This document shows positions 49,782 through 62,640 of a DNA stretch of 64,000 nucleotides, in pieces (position 1 is the stretch's first letter; each line of letters begins with the position of its first letter). The notes beneath the pieces were generated by a model that did not search any database, was not told where the DNA came from, and worked only from the letters and a program-made list of their open reading frames with translations. The translations under genes and the position numbers were made by a program. The stretch covers positions 104,162,001-104,226,000 of the forward strand of contig NC_045697.1 in NCBI RefSeq assembly GCF_009834535.1, read 5' to 3'. This DNA comes from Camelus ferus. Lineage: Eukaryota.

Positions 49782-49879
49782 CTGTAAGCATTATTTAACT
49801 GTTAATTATCATTATTAGTAATCGCGTAGCAGTAGTAGTAGTAATGACAATAGTAGTAATAATCGTAATGGTTCATTCA

Positions 49880-50025
49880 TAGGTTTAAGGATTTATTATC
49901 TGCCTCCTACTCTACAATGTAAGCTCCGTAAGAGCAGAGACTTTGTTTTGTCCATTACTATGTTCTCATTGTCAAAAATAGGGCTGAGCACAAACATAAT
50001 AATTATTTGACTGCATGAATACATA
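49880..50025 (+). mobile_element. LINE-2 3' terminus
   Basis: 'ctacaatgtaagctccgtaagagcagagactttgttttgtcc...ataattatttgactgcatgaat'. Confidence 0.7.
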
Positions 50026-52014
50026 AAAGACTTCAAGCCTTCATACCCCTTTTTCTGTGACTTTTGGGATTTGGGTAGCTAAAATTCACAAGTGGGTGAA
50101 CAGTCTCTGAGGTCAAAGCTATCCACACCTAGTCCAGCACCCCATCTGCCCAGAGACAAAGTGGGTACCACGTGTGTTCAAGTCATTCTTCATTCCCTTC
50201 ATATTGTCCTTTCCTCTCCATCCCATTAAAAAAATGAATCTGTCCTTAATTTTATTGCCTCCTCCGTGGTAGGGGATACCCAATTAGTCTTGCAACCTAC
50301 CATGCTGTTTAAATTTTTGTAACATTTGCAACTTTGCGACTCTAAATTCTAAAAACCCTGATCTCATGTGACTGTGTGGTTGTTTCAGTTTGCTGTATGT
50401 GTAATATTAGTTTATCAAAAATGTGCTAATATTTATCCTCTATCTGGTAATGAATGCCTTCTTCCACAGGACTAGCTTTAGTAATAGAACTCAGGCATCA
50501 AGGCTAACTTCTTGGGGGAAAAAATGGTGCTAATAAAGTCTTGAGAAATCCCGGTCACATCGCATGTTTTTGTTTCCCGAAAGCAGGAGCTCTCTGGTTC
50601 ATCCAATGAGCATCTTCTCCTGACTGTATTAGAGACACAGGCTTCATTCCTGACCTGTTAAGGAATTTAACTTCCTTCTCTCCTTTGAAAAGCAGCAGAG
50701 TTTCCTGAGAGAAATCATGAGTGAGGGTAGAAAAAAAAAAGAGCAAAGAACCGAAGGAGAGGACAAGAAATTGGTAAAGTATGTGCAGCTGCCAAAGAGA
50801 AAGGGCTGGTGGAAGGGAAATGGGAGAGCAAAATAGAGAGCTGCAAAATAAAGAGGAAAAGGGGGAGGATATACAAGGGAGAAGCAGAGAGCAGGAAAAT
50901 GAGCTCAGCAAGAAGGTAGTGAAATGCAAAAGATTCCACCAGACGACTGAGACAGCCCAGCAGGGAAAAGTGGGCAAAGAGAAGGAGACAGGATGTGAAT
51001 ACACTGAGACGTGGGGTAGCCACTGTCAGTTACGCAGGTAACAAAAGACTGGCAGTCTGAATAACGAGCACGTTGCTCATTTATAATTCTGGTGGTTTAA
51101 GCTACTTATGATACATCGAGGTCTTTCATTTAATTTTACTAAGTTATAGCTATAATTTTATTCTTTTACATGAAATCAATTATTCTCACATATTAGGTAT
51201 AGAGGGACCTTATCAAGGGATAGAAGTGATATTACTTCACTTAAAAGCTATTATTATCCAGACATGAATTAACCTTATGTTGCTGGAATCTTCCTGGTGG
51301 TGCCCGGCTGCGCTCAACACTGTTCTTGACAAAATTAAGTATGGCTATACCTGTTTACAGAAAGCGGAGCAGTTATCTCCCAGGAAATAAGACATGATTT
51401 AAATGTTTTGGCTTAATTTAGCTGTGAAAAATGGACACTGACAGACCAGGTAGAGTAGCAGAAAAGCCAGCTCACAGATGTACAGGCGTTCCTGTACGTA
51501 GCAAGCTCAAGAGTCCTTCGTGTGCAGAGCGGTACCAGCCGCAGTACCCCACGCAAGCCACGTGATGCTCAGCATTCACAACTTTTTCAGCATCTGTAAG
51601 CAGAGGGCTTGCAGTGCTTTACAGTTAAGATGGAATCTGCCTGAAGGGCAGAATGTAGTTGGAGTCAAGAGAAGCATTTTGTATGAAATAAAGAAGACTA
51701 GTAATTATCTTTGGTTCTCTGCTTCCTTGACACTGTGTTCTTCAAAGCAAGTCTCGTCCTCCCCTGATGTGCAATTACACATCTTCTTCACACTAGTCAC
51801 CAATCCCTCATGCTTATTCTGAAACAACGGCATCCCGAATCTGTGCTGCTTAGTGTAATGGCCAGTTTCTAACATGCCAGGATGACTGTCATGAGGACTT
51901 TTGACCAAAGGTTGCCCGTTGGATTGGGACAGTCTCCAGTAGGGCCAAAGGTAATCAAATGCAGCTTCCAGTTGTCTTCCCATGTTCCCAAAAATTGTTT
52001 TAAAGTTACTGGCA

Positions 52015-52216
52015 GATACACAGTACTGTATACAAAATAGATAAACAATAAGGACCTACTGTAAAGCACAGGGAACTATATTCAATATCTTGTAATAAAC
52101 TATGATGGAAATGAATCTGAAAAAGAATCACTTTGCTGTATGCCTGAAACATTATAAATCAACTATACTTCAATAAAATAATAATAATAATAACAGCAAA
52201 ATATAAAAGTAAAAAA
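52015..52216 (+). mobile_element. 5'-truncated older L1 3' end
   Basis: 'aaggacctactgtaaagcacagggaactatattcaatatcttgtaataa...aaatcaactatacttcaataaaa'. TSD taaagttactggca (52001-52014) / taaagtaactgaca (52217-52230), 12/14. Confidence 0.88.
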
Positions 52217-55200
52217 TAAAGTAACTGACATAAGCTGAGCATGCTTGTTCCTTTCTGGTGATGACAGGCACTAGGGCAGACACTAATACACTGTTAACAT
52301 CAACATAAGTGATCAGATAAAATTGTTGGATTTGGTGATTATCTTCTGAGAGCCAAATCTGCTTGTAGCTTTCAGAGTTCATGCCCACCGATGGCATTAA
52401 ACACTTAGAGCCTCTCATCATGAAAGGACACCATGTCTACAATTAACTTTCCAATGGGCAGATCAGCCCTTGTCAATGTCCTGTTTAATATTTAAACATA
52501 CTCTACTGTCATTTGTCTCTGTTTACTCAGTGGCCATCTGCAGAACCCATATGAATAAAAATGGAGATGTGGGGCAAAAAACATATTGAAAATCATTAAG
52601 TTGAACAGACTAGTGGGAAGGTTGAGTCTACTCAACACCTGTCTTCCACCCTCCCACCATCTGTGCAATCACTTCGCCCTCCAACCTCACTCACGCCTAC
52701 AATTATCCTGTCAAGAGGAGAGTGCATCACACGTGGATTTAATATGGGTTTACTATGGCCCGTTGAGTTTAATGTTGATTTCCTTTAAGTAACTGTTTCT
52801 GCTCTTGCTAAAAGTCTGTGTCTATGTGTCTATGCTTAATTTGGATGATGAGTCCATCTAAGGCAAGAGCCAGATTCTGTGTTTTGTAAAGAGACTAGAT
52901 CAAATAATAAGCAGATGACAGGACATCCAACTAAGTAAAAACAGCAGAATGATGCATAATTCACAGGTTACTGTGAAGTTAAAACAGAAGGTTAATATTT
53001 TAATGCATTCTTAAGAATTCTTGCCCTCAAATTCTCCATATGTCTCTAACAATCACCTATATACAGCTATAAAGGAAAGGGGAGGAACTCATATGTAATC
53101 CAGATCTACCATATATGTGTGATGCTAGACGGTTTATATTCATTTTCTCAGCTAACAAAACAGTTCCTCAAGGTGAGTATTTTAAGACAAGGGACCAGAG
53201 GGGCTGAGATTTTAATTTTCTTGGGATACAAGCATAAATCTGTTTCAAAAGCATGTGTTCTTTCCTCTAAGTGGTCTTATCATTTACCTGATGATAGTAC
53301 ATCACCTTAATGATTCAACCTCTAAGGGTCTCACCACACCATGTGTAATACATTATGCTACATTCTCTGTAGGAAGCAAAAAAATGGAAATTGTAAGAAA
53401 TTGTCCACCTAGTTACCTAGATAAAACATCTTTAGAGCTGAAAGCAACTGAATAGCCATAATTGCTCCATTCCCATCCAATCATTTTTTCACTCAAAACA
53501 TACTGTTTTGATTGCCAACTATGTGCCAGGCACTGGGACAGACATTCAGAATAGAATGATGAGTATGATGGAAATGTCCTCTGTAACCTGGGAGCTGTGT
53601 GTCGATAGAGCACAGCATAGGACTGATTGGCCTCTGGGTTCTGAAGTGGTGTGTGGCTCCACGTGGCCTGCTTTGGAATATGAGAAACCAAGTACAATTA
53701 GATGCTGCTTCTTTGAAATAATTTATGAAATTTAAAGAAGGCAGCAGGATCTGTAATGTTTTCTATTTAGCCAGGTTTAAAATATTTATTTTATCTGATA
53801 TACTTCAACCACAGTATTTCATAAATGTAAGATGAGTTGTTAAAGGAAAAGTTTGCAGTTGATTTTCTGAATTTGCTGGCATGCTTACACCACTGAGTAC
53901 CTTTATATTCTGTAGGTATATTGAGGAAAGGGACAGCTGGCTTTCAATTACAATGCACAGCGCCTCAGTACTGAACCCAGAAATTCCTATTTAAATAGGA
54001 AGGTACTTGGAATCATTCAGCAGCATGAACAAGTCATAAGTCATTCCCAAAGGAAAATTTACCCCCTTCCCTGGTTTCTGAACCAAAAGTAGAGAGTGGC
54101 ATTCACTGATTCCTCATCTCAGTAAGGTCAATCCAAACTCTGTAAGAGATATATTGAATATGTCACATCAATCTCTTTGCTGTTTGGATGAAATGCGCTT
54201 TGTGCTGTCCTTAAATTAGACACTCATCATGCATAATTTGGCCCTAACATAGAACAGCTGCTGGCTTTTACAAGGCTTTCAATCCAGAGCTGAGTGCACC
54301 CATTGTTGGTCTTACTGTGAGCATTACTTAATCAATTCTGTGATATATGCATCATTTGATTTGATAATAAAACATAGACAAGAATTATCTGGAGAAAAGC
54401 ATAGTATCTTTATCTTCACCTAGAAAAATTAACTCTGAAGTAATTATATTAAAAGGCATTAGGCTATTATACCTGGAAAGTATTTTTTAATTAAAGTTCA
54501 CTTTAATATTAAATATTATTCTGTGACTGTTTATGAAAAAGAAGAGAGTGAATTTCTCATCAGTTTGTTCAAAGAGGCAACTGACCAGGATGGGTCTCCT
54601 GGATAAATCAAGAATCAGGAAGTCATGAATTTAACTTTAAAACTTTCCTAACACACTTACTCCCTTATTCTGCCATCTGTAAAATTGGGGGCGGGGAATC
54701 CTCAACAAGCATTTACATGAAGACTTTAAGACGGAAATTGTTACCACAGATAAGCAAAATGTGATCCTCAGAGTACAGTTCTAAATTTAAACACCAAAAC
54801 AATTAGTATCTGCTACTAATCGAACACCATGTAGTAGATTCTGTTAGCGATGGTTTATGTATTTGAAAAGTGGGGACACTTGGGAGACAGCGAATGCAAT
54901 CACTGCAAGCATTAGTCCGCCACCTTTTATTTTTTGAGTGTGTGTGTTTCTCACTTCTAATTGGAATCATTGTTTTACAAATAAGATGACTGAGGAATGG
55001 AGAAACCTACAAAGTCACAGTGAGTTAGATAAGGATATACTGCGGCAGTTCCTCAGTTTATAAATTTTACTCTTAATCCCATCCAGCTAAACAAAGAGAT
55101 AGAAACTTAATAAATCATATCTTACGTGATAAAGGGCAAGAAAAGCTGTGTCATAAGCACAATTAACATTTCTCAAATTATAAAGTAAAATTTGGCTAAG

Positions 55201-55691
55201 GGGATATATTCAAATTTTCACTGCCAGTGTGCACTAACTGCACATTTAACAGTTAAATCGGCTTTCATGGACTTATCATTCATTCTACACGCCATTTATG
55301 ATATTGGAGCTATGTGTTTAGGAGTGATGTACTTTGAAGAACTATTTTGGGAGTTAAGCAATTATCTACTTCTTCTATATACATAATTGTACATATGTGT
55401 GCATATGTATACACACACACAAGCACAAGAGACAGAGTTCATTAAACAGAGTTCTTTTATAAATAGCGTTTGATTGAATCCAACTACTTGTTCTGCACAT
55501 AACTGATTTAATTCAACTAGTTTTGTCAAGTTAATTTGATTATGTAGACTCACTTTATATTCAAGATCTTTAATTTATTTACTCTGTTTCATAAGGCAGA
55601 ATCTTGTAAAATTAAATAAGAAACAAAGGATTCTCTACATTTAGTCTCTATATCTAGGAAAAAAACATGATTCATCATTTAAAAAAACTAA

Positions 55692-55975
55692 TTTTTTTCT
55701 TTTTTTTTTTACTGAAGTATAGTCAGTTACATGTGTCAATTTCTGGTGTACAGCACAATGTCCCAATCATGCATATATATACATATATTTGCTTTCATAT
55801 TCTTTTCATTAAAGGTTATTACAAGATATTGAATATAGTTCCCTATCCTATACAGAAGAAATCGGTTTTTTATCTATTTTTATACATAGTGGTTAACCTT
55901 TGAAAATCTCAAACTCCCAAATTTATCACTTTCCATCCCCTTTCCCCTGGTAACCATAAAATTGTTTACTATGTC
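55692..55975 (-). mobile_element. 5'-truncated L1 3' end
   Basis: Poly(T) followed by 'actgaagtatagtcagttacatgtgtcaatttctggtgtacagcacaatg...ggttattacaagatattgaatatagttccct...cccctggtaaccataaaattgtt'. Confidence 0.85.
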
Positions 55976-57525
55976 ATTTTTTAAAGAATGACCCAGAAAA
56001 GTCAGCCTAGGACCATAGGTCTTAGTCTTTCTACAAGCATCAACTTTATAGATAATTTCTTTGTAACTTATTTCATTTGTAGAATTATAGGAGTCTCCAT
56101 ATAAAAATATATAGAGAAAAATTTCCCATCAAGAATCCTCATCTGAATCTAAATGACATCAGAAATTTTAGTTTACAAGGAGTTTCTAAATGCACATAAA
56201 TGATGGGTATAAGATAGCCTCCACTGAAGTATACGGACTTTAAAAAAAAAAAAAACCCTTTAAGTAAATCTTCAAAAAGAAACAAAAGAAAATCATATTA
56301 ACAAATGTTTTTAAAGACTCTCAGACATAATTTTTTCATACTTTCCAGTGATATATTGAGACAAAAGGAAGGATGGAAGCAAGGAAGGAGAAAGAGAGAA
56401 AGAAAAAAAGAAAGAAGAAAGAAAAAAAAGAAACGAGAGAGAGAGAGAAATGATCTATGCTTCTACCATGAAAATAATGCAGTGAGGTCACATTGACTAC
56501 TGAGGGTGGAGGCTGACACTTTATGCTAACATAATGATACTGAATGTTCTTTCTGTCATTTCTTAGAGATGTTTTGGCATTTAACATTGATATCTTTTGA
56601 GGCATTTCCTAAAGAATATTGTAATTGTCAAAGGGTAAGTGCAAAGCTTTTACTATTCAGGCTACTTTGTCTTTTTTTTCCCCCCTTAAACTAAAAGCTG
56701 TATTCTCCTTTAGAAATTGTTTTGTTCTCTAGTCTAAAAGGAAGAGAAAAAGGAAGTCAATGTTGAGATGAGTTAACTGCAGTGTGTGGAGACTGGGAAA
56801 ATGTAGTAATTGTATAATTTTATGTTGATAGTGATGTATGTGGGTGCTGCTGCAGAGTCTGTTTAAAAAGCTGAGTTGGATGACCTAAAAAGAATGGAAA
56901 GCATCTATCCAAAGTCACTGAAGAATTTGAAGAATCCATCAAAGAGTCTGCAATGAAGAAATTTCACAGGAAAAAAGGAAATCTGTCCCACATTATGTAA
57001 ATGAAACATATGTAATCTGTGTCTACGTGATGATGTATTTTCAACTCTTCCATTTTGCTATGACACACTTCAAGGTTTTGTCCCAGGGAACCACAAAGGA
57101 AAAAAATCGCTTAAGTACACAAACAAACATATGTTCAGAGGGGAAGAGCTTTTAGCATCTGCATCAATCAATCCATCTTAGGAGATGTTTCAATCAGTAA
57201 GTTATAGACAGGCGATCAGGAAGGAGTAACCACCAGGAAAGTTGAGAGAAGAAGCAGTGAGCCTATTAGGGTCATGTTCATGAGTTCTATTCAAGATTCA
57301 TATGAATAGTTATCTTTCAAAAAATGAGGTGAGCCACTGTCTGCTTTTCAACTAAGAACTGAAAACTCGTTCACCCACTCATTCAAAAAATATTATTGAA
57401 TACCTTCTATATGCCAGACATCACTGCACATGCTAGAAGGGAAAAACCAATAATTGACTTGGGTTTTCTCAAATTGATGTGTCTTATGAAGGTAAATGAA
57501 GGAGAGAACTGCAAATAATGGCAAG

Positions 57526-57844
57526 TGTTATGAACTGAATGTGTCTCCCCAAAATTCGTAGCTGAAACCCTAGTCCCCACTGTGATGGTATTTGGAAGTG
57601 GGGCCTTTGAGAGGTACTTAATATTAGATGAGGCATGAGGGGATGAGTGTCCTTATAAGAACAGACCAGAGAGCTTGTGTCACCCCATGTGACAAGATGG
57701 CAGTGAGGAAGAGGGCCCTGACCGAGAACCTGGCCACACTGACACCCTGTGCTCAAGAACTTCCAGAATCCAGAACTGTGAGAAATAAAGGTCTGTCACC
57801 CAGTCTCTGGCCTTTTGTTATAGCAGCCCAAGCAGACTAAGAAA
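57526..57844 (+). mobile_element. MaLR MLT1A-like solo LTR
   Basis: 'tgttatgaactgaatgtgtctcccccaaaattcgta...ccagaactgtgagaaataaa...ttttgttatagcagcccaagcagactaaga'. Near 5-bp TSD gcaag / acaag. Confidence 0.88.
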
Positions 57845-60800
57845 ACAAGAGCGGTACTTTCAGGAGAGGAAGCGGGGTTGGATTTCAATAAAAAGAGGTA
57901 CTACCTAGAGATGACCATCAGGGCCTTTATATTTGGACAGTTTAACTTCACCATCACTGATTTACACCAAAGCAGGCCAATAAACTAGACAGGGCTAAAC
58001 CAGTGTGGTTCATGTGTCTCCCAATAGTCAAAGGTCTGGTGGAGAGAGTCAGGCTCTCCTGTGCTCTCCTCCTGGCTTAGCCACTGTGCAGGTAACATGT
58101 GGCTTGAATTTCTCAACCTTTCTGAGCCGTGGGAATCTCCTTTGTACAGCAAGGGATCAAAACTTTTCCGGATCCTCCCTATTACTATTTTGAATCCTGC
58201 AGGCACCCCAGATATGTGCCAGTATTCTGGGATAAAGATGTTTGGTTTAGCCCTACCAATGGCTCACCAAAAATCTATTTCCGCTCCTAGAGAAAATAAC
58301 TCACAACATGTTCTACCATGCCTGAATTAGTAGCATCATTATTAAATACGAGACTGAGAACCCTTAGTTTTTCCTGTAGATGTGATTTAAAACCCAATTT
58401 GCTAGGCTGCACTTTATGTTTCTAAGTTACTTGCTTTTTTTTTTTAACTTAATTTTAAAAAGAGCTTGTTTTAGATTATATCCTCTGCTCTAAATATGAG
58501 TGGATATATTTTTTAAAACACAGTGTTCTGATGTACATTTTTTTTTTCAAAACGGATGTTAAATCTTAAACTCAAATCAAAAGAGTAAAATTTTCCCTTT
58601 ACTCCAAGTTTAATACAGGGCAGCCATTCCATGGTCCAAGTCTTCAAATATTTGCTTGGCTTAGGGAGACCTTTCTCAATTATCTGTCATTCCTGCTTGG
58701 ATTCTGATAGATGTATGAGATCAGACTCATTCTGAGCCAAGCCAAGCTTTTTAACTTGTCAGATGTGTTCTTCATGGAAATGGGATTGTGGTGCAGGGAG
58801 AATTCAATGACACTCTTCAGATGAATGGCACATATAATAATACTTATCATAAAAATATAATTATATCAATATGATACACATTTCGAGGTATATGATTGCA
58901 GACACTGGAGTCTGAGCAAGAAAATTGAGAGACATTTTCCCTGAATGTAAGCATATTTATATGCCCTTCTTTTAAAACATCCCTCGGCTTTACCCTTCTA
59001 AAGCTTTCGCCTGGTTCTCTGGTTTCCTCTGAGATGACGTCCCTGGAGTCTAAAAACCCTGGTCATGTCTTCCATGCTGCAAAGTCTGTAAGGATTCAGA
59101 GTTCAGTTATCTCTGGGAGGAATAAATATAGAACCAGAAGAACTTGTCTGCAGCGAAGACCTTATTTAGGGATCATGAAAACCACCTAATGTATGTTATT
59201 AGCATTTGGGTTTCAAAGCCGAACGCTTTTTAAGTGCTTGCTTTCAAATTTTCTCCCTCCTCGTAGTTGGAGCACTTTGTTAGTGCTTGGCTTCTTTCCC
59301 AAATAGAATCATTTGTATAATGGAATCTTATAAACACACAGAGAAATCTGAAGATCACTCAGTTGAAGGAAGAATCCTTTCTCTTGGTACCCTCGGAATT
59401 TTAGACTGGGCTCATTAGCGCCCAAACCTAATATAAACCTATCAGAGCACTCTCTCTTCTTAGTGAGTTAAAGAGGGGTTTTAAAAGATCATTATTTTTG
59501 TGTTTTGTCTCCTTTCCACGAGTTTGAAAATACAGCTCTCTGCTCCAACACCTTCCTTACAAATGATGTTTTCTCATACGGAACAACTCTCACCCCTGTG
59601 GTTACTCTTTTCCTTGATTCCTACTTTCTTTTTTTCCTGGTATGCCTCAGGTTTCTTTCAAGCATCATTCCTTTTATTTCCAACCATATTTTGTTGGTTC
59701 GTGGGGCTCATTAAGTCCTCGCCTGTGTTGGCTTTCCCCAGCCAGCGCTTTCCCTCAGCGCTTGGTCTGCACATCCCCCTGGACCACGAACCACCGCCCG
59801 GCTCCTTCTCTGTCTCGCCTGCTCCACATTTTCCCTTCCCACGACTCCACTCTCAAGTTTACCACCAGCCTGGAACTTTTTGAGTAACTTTACAAACTCC
59901 TGGGTTCCATCTCTCTCTCTGTCTCACTCCTCTATAGGGGCACTCGGAACCGAGCCAGCTTGCATCTCCTGGAGTTGAGGTGGGCGGCAAAAAGCCCTCC
60001 GTTTCGCCTGCTGGAAGACTCCCGCTTCCTCGCGGTGGAGACATCGTGCTCTTCGGGAGAGACTGTAGTGGGGCTGTCACTCTCTGCCGGGTTCAGAGGG
60101 TTTTTTTTTTTTTTTTTTTTTATTGTCCCTGTCAGTTAGCAGCCCAAGGTTACTGCCAGCTCTCTGTCAGGGCTTTGATTTTTGTCAGCTATGGCCAGGT
60201 CCTTTTAGTTATCTGCTATCTTTTCAGCTTTGTTCAGGCTGAGCTCTACTTGTCTACTAATTAGCTCTTTGGAGATTTCCCTTTAAAAACTCACTATCAC
60301 AGAGGACAGAACCGTTCAAAAGTTTTGTGCTTCACAGAAATTCCATATTCATCCATATCTCGTACAGCCATATTTTTAAAATTAAAAGTGGCAGGTTAGG
60401 CCAATTTAAGGTATAGAAGTAACATCTTCTATAAAGGGAGACCTTCAGGTTCTTGGTCAGGTATGGAGATGAGTGACAGAGAAAGGAAAGGGTTTACATC
60501 AAAAAAAAAAAAAAACACTGAGGGCGTACAAATTAAAAAGAAACTATCACTCTGTATAACATATTCACATTTTCTTTATCTTCTGGTGTGCAAATATTGT
60601 GCTAGCTGAATATAAAAGTAGCACAACTTTAGGGTACAAAAAAAAACCACACTGTAATAACATCAAGAGTGGTCTTACATCAAGGAGGGCCCTGAGGATG
60701 TCTTTGTTGTCAACTTCAGAAGAAAAGAGAGGAACAGAAGAGGAAGCTGGCAGAAGGAATAGATGCCAAAGAGAACTCAAAGGATTAGGTCCGGGTGAGG

Positions 60801-61051
60801 TGATCGGTATTCGAAAACAGTCTGCCTTCTGGCTCTGATCTAAGGGAATAGGCTGGCAGCCAAGCCAGAGGGCATAGCAGCACAAACACACCTTCAGCAC
60901 ACTGCTTGAGGGGTGCCTCGGTGCCTTAGAAATTGCAATGGCAATTAGAGAGGAAGCTCTGTAAGAGCAATAGGCAAAATACTCTATTTACAGAGAAAGC
61001 TCCGCTCCTTGCATAATTCCTAACCTGGTTGTCCCCTTCATACAAACATAC

Positions 61052-61074
61052 CTTTTCTTTCTTTTTTTTTTTTC

Positions 61075-61111
<37 letters not shown>

Positions 61112-61120
61112 TTTTTTTTT
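61052..61120. repeat. Polypyrimidine (TTTTC)n / poly(T) tract
   Basis: Direct inspection. Confidence 0.9.
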
Positions 61121-61894
61121 GTGGCCCTCTCCTTTCTTTCGCTAGGCTCCGAAGCACATTTTTCCTTCTGCTGACTTCGTGCTGTGGTTAAGTTGCACTT
61201 ACACTGCATTTACACACTGTTAATGCCTGCAAGATGAAAGTAAAAACCTTTGAATATATTAATGCTATAACACAGATGTCTTACTTTTTACTCTCTCTCT
61301 CCCTCTTTTTTTTTTTTTAAGCAAGTTGATGTGGCTAATAATGATGCAGATTGTGCTGGATGGATGTGCAGATGAAACAGGGGAATACAGATTAAATAAA
61401 AATTTCTTCAAAGCTTACGTTTGCTTCATAATTTAACTTCTGGGCTTGTCTCAGTGGTAGTAGGTGTGACCAGGCATCATAACATTGTTCTGAAACATCT
61501 TGGCATCACAGAGCAGAAATCACCCGAACAGCACGGCTGTACTTCTTCACAGCCAGAGGAAAATAATAAGGGAAAATAAAGGTTGTCAGCAGCTCTGTAC
61601 AGAGAGGCCTGACCCAGCTGCTAATAATGGGGGAGCTGGGGGAAGTCAGGGACAGCGGTTCTGTGCTTAAGAAGTAATCTTCTTGTATACTGAACTTGGC
61701 TTTTTGCAGCTACATTCAAAGCATGAGTTGCTTCTTCTTCCAGAATACTGAATGAGATGCGTACCAGCAGTGGTCACATACTCGCCCTGGAAACATCCAT
61801 GGAATGACTTTGTCATTGAGCTCTTTTAAACAATGAATAGGGCGGGTGTTGATGACATATGGCCTTGGAGTAGGCACAGTCCATTTCTCTTTCA

Positions 61895-62640
61895 CATCTG
61901 TTCATTCAAGCAGCATTTGCTAGCATGCTACTCCATGCCAGGGAACTCACTAGGTCCCGAGGATAAAAGATCAGGTGAGACACACCCCCTTCCCTCAAGG
62001 AACTCATAATTTAGTGGAGAGGACACATGCAAGCAGAAAACCTAGAATATCATCTTTACATGGAATAAAGAAGTGCCATGGCTTCTCCCAGGAAGGACTA
62101 GCACTGCCTGCCAGGCCAAATGGGGCAAGACTGCATCTGAGGTCTGCATCTCTGATGTGCGAGGGGAAGCTTACCAGCTGGACGAAGGTGATTAAGAAGG
62201 GTGTGTGGACGCCTGGAGTCAGGGATGAGCAGAGCGTTGGGGACGGTCAGGACGTCAGCATGGAGGAAGCTTAGGCTGTATGGGGGGATGGGCGGGGGAC
62301 AGGGGACAGAATGATGGACAATAAGACTAGGAAGTAGGTTTGAAGTAGACACCACAAGCCCTCCTATGCTAAGCTAAGGCATTTGGAATTTACAAAACAG
62401 GCAACAGAAAGCTAATGGAGAAAGCCTGCAGCAAAGGACAGATGACATGATCTGACATCCTTTTTATGACAACTCTGAGAGCTATAAGGAAGGGACATTG
62501 GCCCTTCTAGAAGAGACTGGTGCAAGGAGAAGATTTAGGACGCGGGCGGTTCTCCAGGTTGTGATGACAATAATCAGCTGAAGAAACGAGGCTGGATTCA
62601 ATAGAGACACTGTGGGGGGATTTAGATGAGCAGAACTGAG
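61895..62640 (-). mobile_element. LINE-2 3' fragment
   Basis: Antisense L2 terminus 'ttcattcaagcagcatttgctagcatgctactccatgccagg', 'ccctcaaggaactcataatttagtggagaggacac' and 'gctaagctaaggcatttggaattt'. Confidence 0.7.

Noticed and set aside
48525..49818. Multiple 64-201 aa ORFs in the L1 5'UTR
   Set aside because: Stops are scarce in GC-rich DNA, many use non-ATG starts and none has a recognisable domain. Only the ATG/Kozak one at 49205 is flagged, speculatively.
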